A stretch of 62,149 bases of DNA, the filler included, from Dugesia japonica (taxonomy: Eukaryota): NCBI GenBank assembly GCA_001938525.1. It is 6 parts of 6 records of this genome, joined end to end, with 100 filler letters (N's around TTAATTAATTAA, not from the genome) between each part and the next. Parts side by side here need not be neighbours in the genome. Positions count along the whole stretch, not along the records: positions 19,791 to 31,277 come from MQRL01163728.1; positions 31,378 to 44,848 come from MQRL01585100.1; 4 more parts are not named here. One strand, given 5' to 3'. Below the pieces are notes generated by a model. The model worked only from the letters and a program-made list of their open reading frames with translations. It was not told the origin of the DNA and did no database searches. Below are positions 25,379-39,269 of this stretch, piece by piece (the stretch's first letter is position 1; each line of letters opens with the position of its first letter). A program made the position numbers and the translations under genes.

Positions 25379-26507
25379 GATAAAATGGCAATATTTGTTA
25401 AAATTCAAATTTCTGATTTCTTATTAAAACATATTATTTAAACAAAATTAATTTGTTTAAAGTATATTTTTGTTAAGTATTTGAATTTGCCATTTTTTAA
25501 AGATTTATTTATTTTTCTGTACGATTTTATTTATAAATGTTGATAAAGTATGGAAATCATCTTCTTTAATTTCTCTTCGATCAAAAAAATAATTATCTAC
25601 ATGATCAAGATAATCATTAGTTGAGTCCGTTGAAAAATAATTTATAATCTGTAAGGTAGGATTTTCTAACCCCTTAAATTTTTTAGACATGATTATAAAT
25701 GTTTTTATTTTATTAATTCTATATTTTAATTAAATTTATTTAAGAATTCCCCTTGAAAATAAATTAACCAATTAAATTAGTTTAAAATGAAAGATGCCAT
25801 TGTTCACTTTCTAAAATAAAAATTTAATGTTAAAATTTCATTATCTTTTTCAACATCAAATTATAATCTAAAAAGAAAACAATTAAAATTTGTATGAAAT
25901 TTCATTAAAGTAATAATCCGAACGATGTCACTGTTCGCTTTCTAAAAGTAAAATATTAATTTTTATGCTAAATTTCATTAACGGTTTTAATAAATTAAAG
26001 CTAACAAATTAATAAATACTCAACTCAACTCGTAAATGTCAACTTATATTTAAAGTTTTTTCAATTAAAAAAAATTACCAAAAGCATTAAATATAAAAAC
26101 TTTGTATTTATATATTAAAATAATCAAAAATATACTAAATATTTTTTAATATCAGATACATAAATCCATATTTATTCTGAAAATATTTATATTCATTGAC
26201 CAAAAATAGAAAAATTGTATTAATGAACCATGAAATTCTTAGGGTCATGTCAAACAATATTCATATAAAACAAACAAACAATATTTTTAATAATTAACAT
26301 TTTCAAATAGGATATCTAAATTAATAATTTTACTATTTCTTTATTTTTTTATCACTAATTTTTTTATTAACATAAATAATTTTTAATATAATTTTGTTAT
26401 ATGCAAATATTTCTGATGAACATTTTCTTTAAAACGGTACACTAAAATTTTAAAAAATGAATAAATTTAGCGTATTTTCACAAGAGCAAATCATCACACG
26501 AGGTCCT

Positions 26508-29500
26508 TGTTAGTTACTGGTAAACTTTCTGAAAAGTCCATTAAAGTCAACAAAATTTTATTTATGACACTTCAAATCTTAAAAAACTATTTTTGAAAGG
26601 ATGAATATTTAAACAAAGTTTAAATATTTTTAAAAAATTCTTTTTAAGCATTTTCTTCAAACTTTAAATTGCAATTTCAATTTTTAATCCTTACACGCCT
26701 CTCGATTAAAAGAAGTTTTTAAGCTTTTCTACGTTCCTTTCTAGCACTTTTCCGTTTACATTTCGTAAACGATATTTTCTCTCAAGGACCTTTTCCTTGA
26801 TCTTGTATGGGCTTGCGTATCTTTTATTGTCTTTTGTTCTAGTTTTATAAATACTTCGTCTCCCACTTGGAATTGTCTTTTTGTAGACGTTATTTCCATC
26901 GACTCTTTGTCATCTCTTTGGCTGTCAAACCATTGTTCTCTGTGAATTCTCCTATCAAATATTAATTCTCCAAGTGATATCCCAAATGTCTTTTGTCTTG
27001 TTGCATTCAACATGTATTCAATCTCCGGTATTCTGTTACTCCAATCCTTTCTTCTATCTTCTACTGTGGCTGCATTAATACAGTCTCCGATTATACGGAA
27101 TTGTGTCTATGATTTCTAGTATTGACTTGAACAATGTACTTCTATATTCATCGATTCCATCAGATTCTTGAAGTTTTTCGATTCAAATTTCTTACCTCTG
27201 TCTACGCGAGCTTCTCTTGGTGCTCCAAATCTCAGAATCCATTTTTCCATTATCACTTTTTTAATTGTCTTATCATCTTGCTTGATTATTGCCATTATGC
27301 TTACATATCAACTGCATTATTCCACATATATATATTCGTCTGTTCACAGTCTCTCGAAAAGGTCCATTATATATCTTTTCAAATGGACAATTTGCGCTTT
27401 ATTTTACTGTTGTCTGTTTTGTTGCCACAGTATTAACTTTATTCTTTTGGCACGTTTCAAACTGTCTTATAACTTCTGTGATTGTCTTATTCAGTTATTC
27501 TATGTCGTAGTTGCTGATTATGTAGCTGATCATTTTCTCTGTTTTTGCATTTAAAAACAATGTATGTATCTATTTTATCATTGATATTCTTTTCTCTTTT
27601 GGAAAACAAATTTTACCGTCAATTGTTTTCACTATATTACTTTCGACTCTATACTTTGAATCTTTTCCTTCTTGAATATCTCGTTTGATTAATTTGATTT
27701 CCTCTATTCCCTCTTGCCATTTACATCGCTTTATCTTTATCATCTGATTTATCTGTCTTGTTTACATGTTCCCAATCTTTGGATATTCATGTTGCATTTG
27801 ATATTGAGTGCACGTTCCGCATTTCATTCTTGAGAACATATCTGCGTTTGTATGTTTCTCGCCTTGTCTATATATTATTTCTATGTCTAAGCTGCTAAGG
27901 TAATTCATCTATGTTTGGAACTGAGGTGTATCGGTTCGTTCGTCTTTTTCAAGTATACGATGGCTTTGTGATCTGTCCTTGTTATGATTTTTTCCATTTA
28001 AATAATGTTTAAAGTGGTTACAGAATTATTAGATTACTAGTAATTCTTTCAGTGGGATACAGTAACACTTCTCATGTGATGTTATTGCATGTGAGGCGTA
28101 ACCAATAACTCTTTCTCTACCATCAACATCATTTTGTGATTCTATTGCGTTGAAGCTGGCGTCAGTATCTAAGATAAATGTCTTCTTTATATCAGGAAAT
28201 CTTAAAATACGTGCTTCTATCAGTGCTTGTTTCATTTCTGCGAAAGCTTTCTCACACCCATCTGATCATATTAGCTTGGTACTGTTGCTTCCACATAATT
28301 CTTCTAGCGCTCTTGATTTCTTCGAATAATTCTTGATGAATCTTCTGTAATAATTGCATATTCCGGGGATGCTTCTCATGCTCTTTATGCATTTGAGTTT
28401 CTAAAAATTCTTGATAGCTTCGATTTTAATTGGATCTGTTAGAATGCCTTCTTTTTCTATTATGTGACCAAGAAATTTCACTTCTCTGCGTAATAGGTGA
28501 CATTTTACTGAATTCGATCGCAGCTCTGCCTTTTGAATCCGCTCTAATACCTGACCCAGAGTTATATAATGCTCTTTTAGTCCTTCTAAGAATATCATTA
28601 TGTCATCCATATACACCATTGNNNNNNNNNNNNNNTCCAATACTTTTGTCATTAGTTCTTGGAATGTTCCTGGGGCTGCTGCTATGCCGAATGGCATTCT
28701 TGTGAAGCAGCATTCACCATTTATTTGTCGAAAAGGCTGTTTTCTTTTGTGACACTTTTTTTAATGGTACCTGGTAATACGCGTTTCCCAAGTCTATGAT
28801 ACTAAAATAATTGGCCCATACAAATTGTCTAATATTTCTTCCACGTTTGGCATCGGGAAGGCCTGTCGTTCCGTAACTGAGTTTAGTTTCCTGAAGTCCA
28901 AGTAAGGTCTCACATCCTTTCTTTCTTTCTTCCAGTCTCATATCAGTGGTGTGTTCCTCTGTGCATTACATTTTTTATAATATTAGAGTCCGCTAAATTT
29001 TTCATTGCCGTATCTATTTTGTCTTCTAGATTCATAGGTTGTCTCCAAGGCTTCGAATTTATTGGATTATCTTTTGTCACTATCTTGGTGTTCCGCCAAC
29101 TTTGTGCATCCGACATCCCAGTTATCTGCCATGAATACTCCTCGATGTTGTACTATTACCTTTTGAGGTTTCTCGTTTCGTTTTGTCATAAAAAGTTTTA
29201 AAGCTCTCTGTTTTCTTTCAGCATCCTCAATTTTACAGCTAAACCTTGCGTCTATGTTGCAGATCCACTGCTCATCTTCACAATCCTTTGTTTTTTTCTT
29301 TAAACGGTATCCAAACTGGCGTTGCATGTCTATTTCTTCAACAGGATTCGGACTTATTTCTTCCACTACAGTGAATTGTACTGTTTTCTTACTGTTTTTC
29401 GATCTCCACTTCAACATATATATTGCCCGCAATGTTCAATTTGCTATTAATTGCACATTTTTACACGTCATCAGTTCCTATCAGCTCTACATTTGTCAGA

Positions 29501-31070
29501 CTCCAAAAAATATTTAGGTTCATCACATTTATCTTGGCACCTGTGTACAAAAGACAGTCTATATATCTTCCTTGAATTTTAACTTCCACACTGGGCATAC
29601 CTTGCATTTTATCATAATTTATTTGTACTTGTTCATTCTCTTCTCATACAATTATTTGGCTATCATCATTTCTTGTTTCTTTCATTATCTTGATATATGT
29701 ATTAAACATATGTCTGTAATCTTTCTTTAAAAACGCATAAACTTTTCTGTATACTCTTTGCTTTTTACTTTCATCTTTTATACTATTAATTAAACTACTT
29801 TTACTATGCATATCGCGATCTGGATTGTTTTTCAGTTGATTGCTCCTATCATCTTGAATTTGGATGGAGCTTGTTTGTTTAGGGTCTCTTCTCTATAGTT
29901 GTTTATCTCTTCTTCGTAATAATAAATATTATCTCCTTTCTTTATGTACTCCTCATCCTCCTCTACTAATGCGTTTACATATTTATTGCCGTCTCTTTTC
30001 CTGAATTCATTATTGGCTGATATCCTCCCACTTTGTTTTGGGAATCTGTTATTATTATCATATCTTCTGTTTGTTTCATCTCTTCGGCTGTATAGTGCTG
30101 TTTCATTTCTTTGCTCGTTATTCTTCTGTCTTCTATAATTAGTCCACACACTTCTTTTCTCCAAATTAGTGTAACATTGTTCTGTATGATGTCCATTTTT
30201 TCCACATCTTGAACATCTAATTTTGTCACATTTTCTTCTTAAATCAATCTTTGATCCTCATACGTAACACGTTTTATTCTTTTATGGACATCTTCTTCTG
30301 ATATGACCTATCTTTTGACATGACCAACATGTAATTTCTCTTTTAGCTTCACTTTGAGTTTGTTTAACTCCTGAAAAATGTTCTTTTGTCATGCCTCTTT
30401 TTACTGCAATGGTGTTATTCTCTACTGTATTTATATTTTCCGTTTCTTTAAGGTCATTCTTTAGGCTAATTTGCCTCCTTTAATTTTTATTTGCATCCTT
30501 TTATCGTGGCAACTATTGAATATTAATTCGTTTCTCATCTCTTCTTTGTCTAGTTTATGTACAAAAAATTTATCGACCAGTGTTAAAATCTGTTTGTTGT
30601 ACACATAAACGTGTTCATCCGTTCTCTTGTATTTTAAAGCTTCCTCCAATTCTTGTATGAGAGTAGTCTTTTTGTGGAACGCTTTCCTAAGTCGGTCCTC
30701 AAAATCTAATAATTCATCTTGGCATTCATATGCTTCTCTTAATTTTCGATCAATTTACACCAATACATTCAAAGTATTTGGTGCAACCATTGATAAACCA
30801 TGCTGGTAAATTAATGAGTGTAGGGCTACTCGAATTAGGTCCATTGAAGCGTTGGTCGCCATGTTAGTTACTGATAAACTTTCTGTAAAGTCCATTAAAG
30901 TCAACAAAATTTTATTTATGACATTTCAAATCTTCAAATCTTAAAAAACTATTTTTTAAAGGCTGAATATTTAAACAAAGCTGTTAAAATATTTTTTAAA
31001 AATTCTTGAAATGTATTTTAGCATTTCTTCTTCAAACTTTAAATTTCAATTTCAATTTTTAATCCATACA
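26508..31070 (-). mobile_element. Full-length but degenerate Ty3/Gypsy retrotransposon
   Basis: LTRs 26508-26695 and 30862-31070 (TG...CA); PBS TGGCGACC; PPT GAGAGGCG; flanks TCCT/TCCC; zinc knuckles, MPFGIAAAPGTFQ, YMDD, ILDTDAS, integrase remnants. Confidence 0.93.
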
Positions 31071-31194
31071 TCCCTCATTATCCGTAAAACTGAAAACCGA
31101 TTAAATTTTGTATTTCGGTGACTTGAATAAGACAACAAAGCCCATCGCTCCAAAACAGCATTTGATATACTTAGAGTCCGAAAACAGCCATTGT

Positions 31195-31234
31195 CATTAA
31201 AAGGGGTGGTACAGTGCGTTACGATCTATCTACT
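31195..31234 (-). mobile_element. Polinton-like terminus
   Basis: GGGGTGG...GTGCGTTACGATCTATCTACT, rc AGTAGATAGATCGTAACGCAC. Confidence 0.5.
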
Positions 31235-31277
31235 TGTTCTCATTTTGAAATTGAAAGTTAAAAATAAATTCAAAAAT

Positions 31278-31377
31278 NNNNNNNNNNNNNNNNNNNNNNN
31301 NNNNNNNNNNNNNNNNNNNNNTTAATTAATTAANNNNNNNNNNNNNNNNNNNNNNNNNNNNNNNNNNNNNNNNNNNN
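31278..31377. other. Artificial scaffold linker
   Basis: 44 N + TTAATTAATTAA + 44 N. Confidence 0.97.
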
Positions 31378-33021
31378 GTTTTGAAATAATAAATGTCACT
31401 ATTAGACTTACTTTCTCGACAATATTTTAATAGGCATGGAAAGTGAATTAAAGTTTTCAGCCAAAAGTGACAATTTATTTTCGAATGAAATGACCACTTC
31501 TAACATCGAAAAAATTGTGTTTCCCTTTCTTTGTAACTTACGATTAAGGTGATTTAGATGAGAAGTAACATCCACCATGAAATAAAATTTCTGTACCCAC
31601 AGATCATTCGTTAGCTTTGCATGATGGACACTCTTCTCTAGAAGAAATGTTTTAATTTCAGTAAACAGTGAAGCGAAACGCTTTAAAACGTTTCCTCTCG
31701 ATAACCAACGAGATCTACATACTCACTCTCTACATCAATTAGAAATTCTTTAAATTGGAGATGGTAAAGAGCTTTAGCTACAATATAATTAAAAATGTCA
31801 ATCACCAATTCCATTTGCAAATTTCTTCAGGAAATGTCTGCTCAAATAATGCTTCTTGATGAATAATACAATAGTAAGTAAGTATCTCGTGATTAATCTT
31901 TTACTTCCAAATAGTGACAAACCCATCGAGACAATTTTTCTAATGAAATTTGATGTTTTTGAAGCATTCAATCACAAATTTTGTTTTATCAACTCCACGC
32001 GTTTGTTCTTTGAGGGGAAATAATCTCAAAAGTTCCTCTTTAGGACCTTTAGTAGAGATAAATCGCACAAAAAGAGAAACTTGAGCTGTGTCATTAATAT
32101 TGCAAGACTTGTCAACTACGATTGATAAAGTGGAAGCCAATTTGAGATCTTCAATTTATTGGTTTGTTATGTTTGCAGACATTTTTACTGTTCTATCTTT
32201 CACTGTTTTAGCACACAAAGTCATCTCTCGATTTTTTAAAAAATGTCTGCTTTATTCTCAAAAAACCTCTTCGGATGTACTTAAAAAACACCTCTTTATA
32301 TAGTCTCCATTCGTATATGGCTTTCCTCTCTGAAAAATTTTTTAACTATAAAACTTGTCATATTAACATTGTTAGAAGATTACACCCAGTGATTAAAAAC
32401 AGAAGTTGATCTTTCTTGTCTTCTCTGGAGTTCTTCGATTGCTTTCTTCTTTTCATCACCAACCGGATATTTGATACTAAATGATTCGTGTTTAATAGTT
32501 AAATGTCTTTCTAAATTAGATTTTTTGTTATGTGGCTTTTTTTCTTGACAAATAAGACAGATCGGAAGACCATTCAAGTTTTGAATAAACGAAAGTTTTT
32601 CTGTCCACTCTACTTTGAATTAACGGTTTTCGTCTTTTTTTTCTTTGTTTTTTAGTAACCATGTTAGGGATTTAAAAAAATATTTACATTCTAAGATAAA
32701 TAAAGCATTAAACCCAATAATAAAACAAAAGTAGACAAGTACATTAAATACCTGTGTAATTTGTAGATGTATAATTATATATATTTAACTTTATTGAATA
32801 GATCACAATCAAACATACAACTAAAAAGAATATAATTTTATGAAGTTAAAATATGTATTTTAATCTTAAAATTTTCATTTTAAAATTTAATTTCACAAAA
32901 AATTTATTTTACCATTGATCTGTGTATTAAACAAATATTTTGAAAAACAATTTTCGTAATTTATTTAAAATTTATTTTCAATTGCATAGATCAAAATGAT
33001 GTTTTTCTTTTTTCATAAATC

Positions 33022-33056
33022 ATTCAATATTTCGGCTATGCCTTCTTCAGGAACTA
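33022..33056 (-). ncRNA. Minimal type I hammerhead ribozyme (Penelope-type)
   Basis: GTTC-CTGAAGA-A-GGC-ata-GCC-GAAA-TATT-GAAT; intact core. Confidence 0.72.
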
Positions 33057-33192
33057 TTGCTCAATTCATTCTGGTTCAATAAATTTAAAATTTAATGTTA
33101 TAGTAAGTTACAAATGAAAATTAATTTTAATCAGATTAATGTAAATTGTGTTTCTATTTAAACATTTATAACCAAAATGGATTGAGCAATAG

Positions 33193-33229
33193 TTGTTCCT
33201 GAAGAAGACATAGCCGAAATATTGAACAA
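33193..33229 (+). ncRNA. Minimal type I hammerhead ribozyme, inverted copy
   Basis: TTGTTC-CTGAAGA-A-GAC-ata-GCC-GAAA-TATT-GAACAA; perfect 6-bp stem I, one stem II mismatch. Confidence 0.72.
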
Positions 33230-33837
33230 TCTAGGAAAAAATAATAAAAATACCTTTCGGTGCGAGTAATTGTGCGAGATAATGAATAAAACAAATGTTT
33301 GAGTGTCTATTCGTGCTATTGTTGCTTTCTAAAAATGTGACCCTTTTTAGGCTTGCGTTTCAAAAATTTTTACTCGTCTCTTACAAGGCAAAATAATATT
33401 CCGTGCATGGACTAAAAAAATTGTAAAAGAGCGGCGGGTTGCCAATCACTGACCTATAACAACAGAATACAGAAATGGGTGACAAGAAACTACTATGAAA
33501 ACGTTCTTTATAAAATTTATGTGTTGAATGAAGAAAGTGGACAACCTTCTTTCAAAATATTTAAATTTATTATTGTATTATAAAACATACGTTTTTCATA
33601 TTGCCGCTTTANAAAATCTTAGAATGTTTAATTTGGCCCTTGACCTAAAAAGACAGTGCTCCCCTGATCTATAGTATTTTTTAAGATTAATTACATTGAC
33701 AAAACATAAACTGTCTTCATATTAAAACCTTTATTCATAGATTAATAGTATATTAATTTTTAATTTTTGTTTAATTTTTATTTGTGAACCACTTTCCAGA
33801 CGACCAATTAAGATAAAAATATTAGCGTTTATTAATA

Positions 33838-34142
33838 ATGATCGCTATAGAACAACTAAATGTATTGGAAAAATATTTGGTATTTAACCATTCAGTAGTG
33901 TCCAGATGTTTACGATTAACGGAGAAAATTTCTTCTTATAATTTTCTATTAAAGCGTAAGAAAATCGACCCAATTTTAAAGTGAATGATAACCGGAGATA
34001 AGAATTGGATAGGATATAATACTATTAAGCGTAAGAAATCATGATGTAATCCAGAAGATTTTTCGTGAACCGTTGCCAAAGTTAGACTACTTCCAAGAAA
34101 GGCAATGTTATGTATTTGGCGGGAATGCAAGGGAATAATTTT
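33838..34142 (+). pseudogene. Mariner transposase fragment
   Basis: ITGDKNWIGYNTIKRKKS and LLPRKAMLCIWRECKGII match mariner TGDEKW / PKKVMLxVWWD motifs. Confidence 0.8.
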
Positions 34143-34582
34143 TTATTTATTATTCATACTTATTATTATTTATAATGTATTTAAAAATTTACGGAAATTA
34201 AATCAAATAAAACTTCAAATGAAAATTTAAATACTTAATAAAATATTCAAAAGTTAACGTTTAAAATAAAATTTAACCTAGAAAATGGAAAAATCNNNNN
34301 NNNNNNNNNNNNNNNNNNNNNNNNNNNNNNNNNNNNNNNNNNNNNNNNNNNNNNNNNNNNNNNNNNNNNNNNNNNNNNNNNNNNNNNNNNNNNNNNNNNN
34401 NNNNNNNNNNNNNNNNNNNNNNNNNNNNNNNNNNNNNNNNNNNNNNNNNNNNNNNNNNNNNNNNNNNNNNNNNNNNNNNNNNNNNNNNNNNNNNNNNNNN
34501 NNNNNNNNNNNNNNNNNNNNNNNNNNNNNNNNNNNNNNNNNNNNNNNNNNNNNNNNNNNNNNNNNNNNNNNNNNNNNNNNNN

Positions 34583-34647
<65 letters not shown>
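34583..34647. repeat. (TTA)n microsatellite at gap edge
   Basis: Directly visible. Confidence 0.95.
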
Positions 34648-34648
<1 letters not shown>

Positions 34649-36876
34649 ATTTTCAAAAAAGCAACGTTAGATTACAGAATTTGTTCCACTCAATTTTTCT
34701 GTAATAAAATATTAATAAGGGCCCAATGAAAATAAATTATGTCATATGTCGTCATCAATGATAGTCTATATTAATTAATAATGACTTTTGTTAATTCACT
34801 GTAAAAATGTAGCCTGGAATCATATTATGTCATAAAAATTCTATCAATTGCAAAAGCAAAATTAAAAAAAAGACTTAAATATTATTTCCCAGCTGAAATA
34901 TTTTCTATTGAAATTTTTGTTTTCAATTTAGTTAATATATAAATTATATTTAATAATAAAATAAATTTTAGAAAAAGTCGACGAACTGATCTATGGTCTA
35001 TCTAGAACATATGGTTGTCGTTTTTTTTTAATCAAAGTTAACGAAAGATATTAAAATGGATAATGAATGATATTTTTGGCGACAAAATCGATATTGATGT
35101 TGTTTTAGTTTTTAATAGACTTTATTGGAAACTATGTCTCTATGACTCAATTTTTGGCGCCACCAACTAAATAACAAACGTAACCATCTGAATTATTAAT
35201 AGTGATGTTTAAATAATTTGGCTACACTGGTTTGCAGGCGACATCAGTTTTCATTTATTTTATTTTTTCAGTACGCATTTGTGGACGGCACTAGTGCGCG
35301 TCTGTCTCAAAATAGCGTCATTCATTAAACAAAGCTCTTTCATTGATTGCTAATTGATGAATTTTCTACTTTTTTTTTCTTTCGTTAGTCAATGTTCAAA
35401 TCGGAAAAATCCTTGATTTGACAATGTAGATTTTTCAAAGAAAACAGGTAGGAAGTTTTTTTCTTCTGATAACCGTCAATTTCAAAATTGGTTCAGAGAA
35501 CAAAACAAAAAACTAATTATTACTAATAAAAGAAGCTTTATTTCATGATTTACTTTTTATGATTTTTTTTTATTAATGTTTTAATTGTGATTATGTTAGG
35601 TTTTACAAAAAAAAATACTTTATTACTGATTTTATTTTCTGCATTAAAATTCTGACCTTTAATTATTATGGTTTTTATGTGTCATTAATAAGGGGTTATC
35701 TATAATTATGTTAACGAAATCTGGGAGGGGATAGAAAAATTTTGACAATTGTTAACAAGATCCGGGAAGGCGTCCAAGATAAATCGACGTCAACAAATTT
35801 TTTAACGATAAATTTAATAAATCAAACAGTTAAAATATTGTTAATGTATGGGAAAGGTAAAAATTGCCTGATAATTATTATTGACAATATTAATTACAAC
35901 AATATTTTTGATGTAAGGTTTAATAATTCATAATTGTTTTGTTGAAATCATTTGACAAAATACTTTTATTTATTTTATTATTAGTTAGCTACTATTTATA
36001 TTGATTGTGATTTGTTTTTAATCTATTATCAACGATTCAAATGTTTAGAATACTTAATTTTTATTGGTTATTTAGCGATTGGCTGAAATAAAATCGTGTA
36101 ATATAAATACATGTGTTGTCATTACAATAAATTCTAAATGCTTTATAATTCTTGACTTAGTTTTTTTGTAAAAACAATTTTTAATTTTTTGTACGGATAT
36201 TATTTAAAAAGACTTATTTGAATAAAATATAATTATTTTCATGGAAGATATTTATAACTTGAAAAAATACAGAAAAACAAACTTTTAATTGACTAGAATT
36301 TAATGTAGTTTTTTTAATGAAATGAAATCTCACAAATGACAGTCAGAATTCTTTAACCGACTTAACAAATAGAATATCATTTTGACCTATTTTGAAGTCT
36401 AATGACAATTAAATAGATCAGTTTTGTCGGATTTTGAAATTCTAAATCAAATCGGGTANGGAATACAAATCTAGGGATCCCGTTCACTATAAAAACTGAT
36501 ACACACATTTGTAATTACCTCGAATGATGTTATAAAATACAAGTTATTTCAAAAAAAAAATTATTAAAATTAAAATAAGTATATGTAAAATGACACATGG
36601 AGTTCAAGGGGTGGGTCCTACCCTTCAAAAGGTGCGATTTTATGATATATTTGGATGATTTTTATGTGATATTTGTTAATTAGTTGTTGTTTTGTAGTTA
36701 TTTGTGTTATTTATTTAGTTAATAGTTGAATATTAGTGTATTTGTTGTAATAATGATGTATTTATGGTGTTTACTAGAGTAATTTATTGTTTTTTTTGTT
36801 AAAAATGAGTGTATTTATGTAATATTAAATTATGTAATTATTATGTGATTTGTTAGCGTTTCTAGTGTTTTCCTGT

Positions 36877-36913
36877 CAATTCCTGACGAAGACAAGGTCA
36901 AAATTTCGAATTG
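36877..36913 (+). ncRNA. Minimal hammerhead relic in a Penelope pLTR-like repeat
   Basis: CAATTC-CTGACGA-A-GAC-aag-GTC-AAAA-TTTC-GAATTG; stems I and II perfect, GAAA mutated to AAAA. Confidence 0.6.
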
Positions 36914-37067
36914 TTCTCAAATTTCAATAAAAAAACAAAAATTTTGATCGAAGCTTTTATTTTAAATGAATTTTATATTTTGTCTATATTTTATTTATAT
37001 TTTTTTAAAATTTTATTTTAAAAATAAAAGTCTAATGATGAAGAATGTTTAAAATGTTAAAATAATT

Positions 37068-38395
37068 CAGGGGTCGGCAATCTCTTGAAATGGCATGCAA
37101 AGCAAATTTTTAAATAGTAAATTGAAATTTATAATTTTTGCAAAACATTGTAATATGTTGGTATTTTTAGAAAATATTATTTTTTTTGAAATTGATTGTC
37201 CTTTATATAATAATATATGTATATGAAAACTTACTGCATAGCAATATGTTAAATTTTTGTGCTTTAAATAATGAAAAATATTTTTATACAAAGAAATAAC
37301 TATTTTATGCAATTAAATTACAACTCAAATGATCAGACATTTCCAAAAACAAACAAAAGGCGATGTGCGAGCTTATAAAGAGAGTTGGAAGGAAGAATAT
37401 GGATTTTTTTTATTTAAAGATAACGCTATATTTGTGTTTTATCGAGAAAGTGTTGTATTTCGCACATAGAGTGTACAAAGACATTTTCGCACAAAACACC
37501 ATAAAAGACTTTTGACTGATTATAAAAAGAGATCATATATCACAAGGGCAATTGACGAACATAAGCAGCAAATAACAGTGTTTCGCCAGACGCTATCTAG
37601 TAAAGATAGAGCCATTGAGTGCAGCTTTATTTTATGTCAGTGTATAGCTGCTAAGGGAAATCCTTTTACTGATGGTGAACACGTAAAAGAAGCTATTTAC
37701 AAATGTGCTGAAATTTTGTTTGATAATTTACAAAACATAGGGATAATTTTATCACGGATTCAAGATATACCCGCATCTGGACGGACAATGGAAAGACTAA
37801 TATCCCAAATGGCACAGGATACATCGTCAAAGCAAAACAATGTGTTGCAAAAGTAACTTCATTCATTGTTGCTCTTGATGAAAATACAGATGTTAATGAT
37901 GTTGAGCGTCTAGCTATAATAGTTAGATATGGCGCTAATAATAATCTTTATGAGGAGTTGTGTTGTCTTTGTTCACTTTCTGGGTTAACTAAAGGTAAGG
38001 ATATTTTTGATAAATTTAAAGAATTTTTTAATAATGCAAAACGCAATATGAATAATATATTTAGCATTACTACGGATGGTGCACTTTTCATGATTGGTAA
38101 AGAAAAAGGATTTGTTAAGCTTTTTGAAAACTTTATTGACATAAAGTTATACGTTTTGTATTATATACCAAAAAAATTTAGTTGCAAAAATTTCTTCACG
38201 GAGCTTAAATTTGGTAATGAATACAGTGATTAAAAAAGTTCATTTGATAGTGTCTCGTTTATCTCTAATGTACAGACAATTTACAAACTCATAAAAAGAA
38301 ATGAGCTACTATTCTGTCCTGTTCGTTGGATTAGTAGAAAGAATGTGTTGAACAGATTTGTCGCATGCATAGAAGAGATTAAAATTTTTTGATCT
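37068..38395 (+). mobile_element. hAT transposon (Buster/SPIN-like), 5' part, degenerate
   Basis: TIR CAGGGGTCGGCAA; KGNPFTDGEHVKE, VALDENTDVND, SITTDGA..MIGKEKG, VRWISR. Confidence 0.88.
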
Positions 38396-39230
38396 AAAGT
38401 CGTTCTTCGTCTGACTCCTGGTTTTTCTTTAAATTCTCTTCAAATGTGTCCTTTTAATCCACATCAAAAACATCGTCTCATCTGATTTTTTCTGCAGTCT
38501 CGACTAATATGTCCTTCTTCTTCACACATCCAGCATCTTAATTGCCTTCTCATTGGACATTATCGACGACTATGGCCCTCTTTATCACATTCCCAACATC
38601 TAAATATATCATTAGACTTTACTCAAATAAGTTGCAGTTTTTATATACACTTTGAGCTGTCTGCTTAAATCTTAACGTTTCTTTTGGACTGCTTTGCACT
38701 ACATTAATTTGTTGTCTTTTATTCTCCAGTTTATCTAACGATCGCAAAGTTTCTTTAATGCCATAAACGTTATTTACTTTACTCAGGAGTACTTCTTCTT
38801 CTGCCCGTCTATTGCCTGCAGAGGGAATCAACATTTTTGCCACCATGCTTTCCTGTGTAAAATTATATGTGAAAATAAGTTATTTACCAGTTCTTCTACT
38901 TTGGCAATATATGTTTCTACATCTTCATGATTTCGTCTGAAATTTAATATTTCTCTGAAATCCCATATAATACTTCTTTCCTTTCCAAATACTATGCGAA
39001 GTCGATCATGGGATCTTTCTGTTTTTTAAATGTTTCAACATTCTTCCCAACTAGTTCTTCTTCTATCAGAAACGTCACCAACCTTCTCCTGATTTTTTAT
39101 TGTTAATTCCTTTGACGCCGAAATACATTTCACACTTGAACATAAACTTTTCTATGTCATCGGGTCTTCTGTAGATATCAGGCATAAGACGGTCCCTAAT
39201 ACTATCTGCAATAACTGCTGCCACCATATT
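38396..39230 (-). mobile_element. Ty3/Gypsy gag fragment with several zinc knuckles
   Basis: CWECDKEGHSRR, CGCEEEGHISRDC; MVAKMLI segment similar to 6274-6456. Confidence 0.8.
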
Positions 39231-39269
39231 AGAAACAAAGCATACGTGTTCATTCAGAAAAGAGTTCGT

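Larger units (their letters stand above)
31378..33451 (-). mobile_element. hAT transposon (Buster/Charlie/SPIN, GTF2IRD2-like transposase), degenerate
   Basis: BED-like CLICQE...KKSNLERHLTIKH; SIVVDKSCNINDTAQVSLFVRF; RWLSRGNVLKRF; 5' TIR CAGTGATTGGCAACCC at 33451. Confidence 0.9.

Noticed and set aside
34273-34704. Poly-I/poly-Y ORFs (also 42001-42360 and other N-spanning ORFs)
   Set aside because: Artefacts of (TTA)n microsatellites and N gaps
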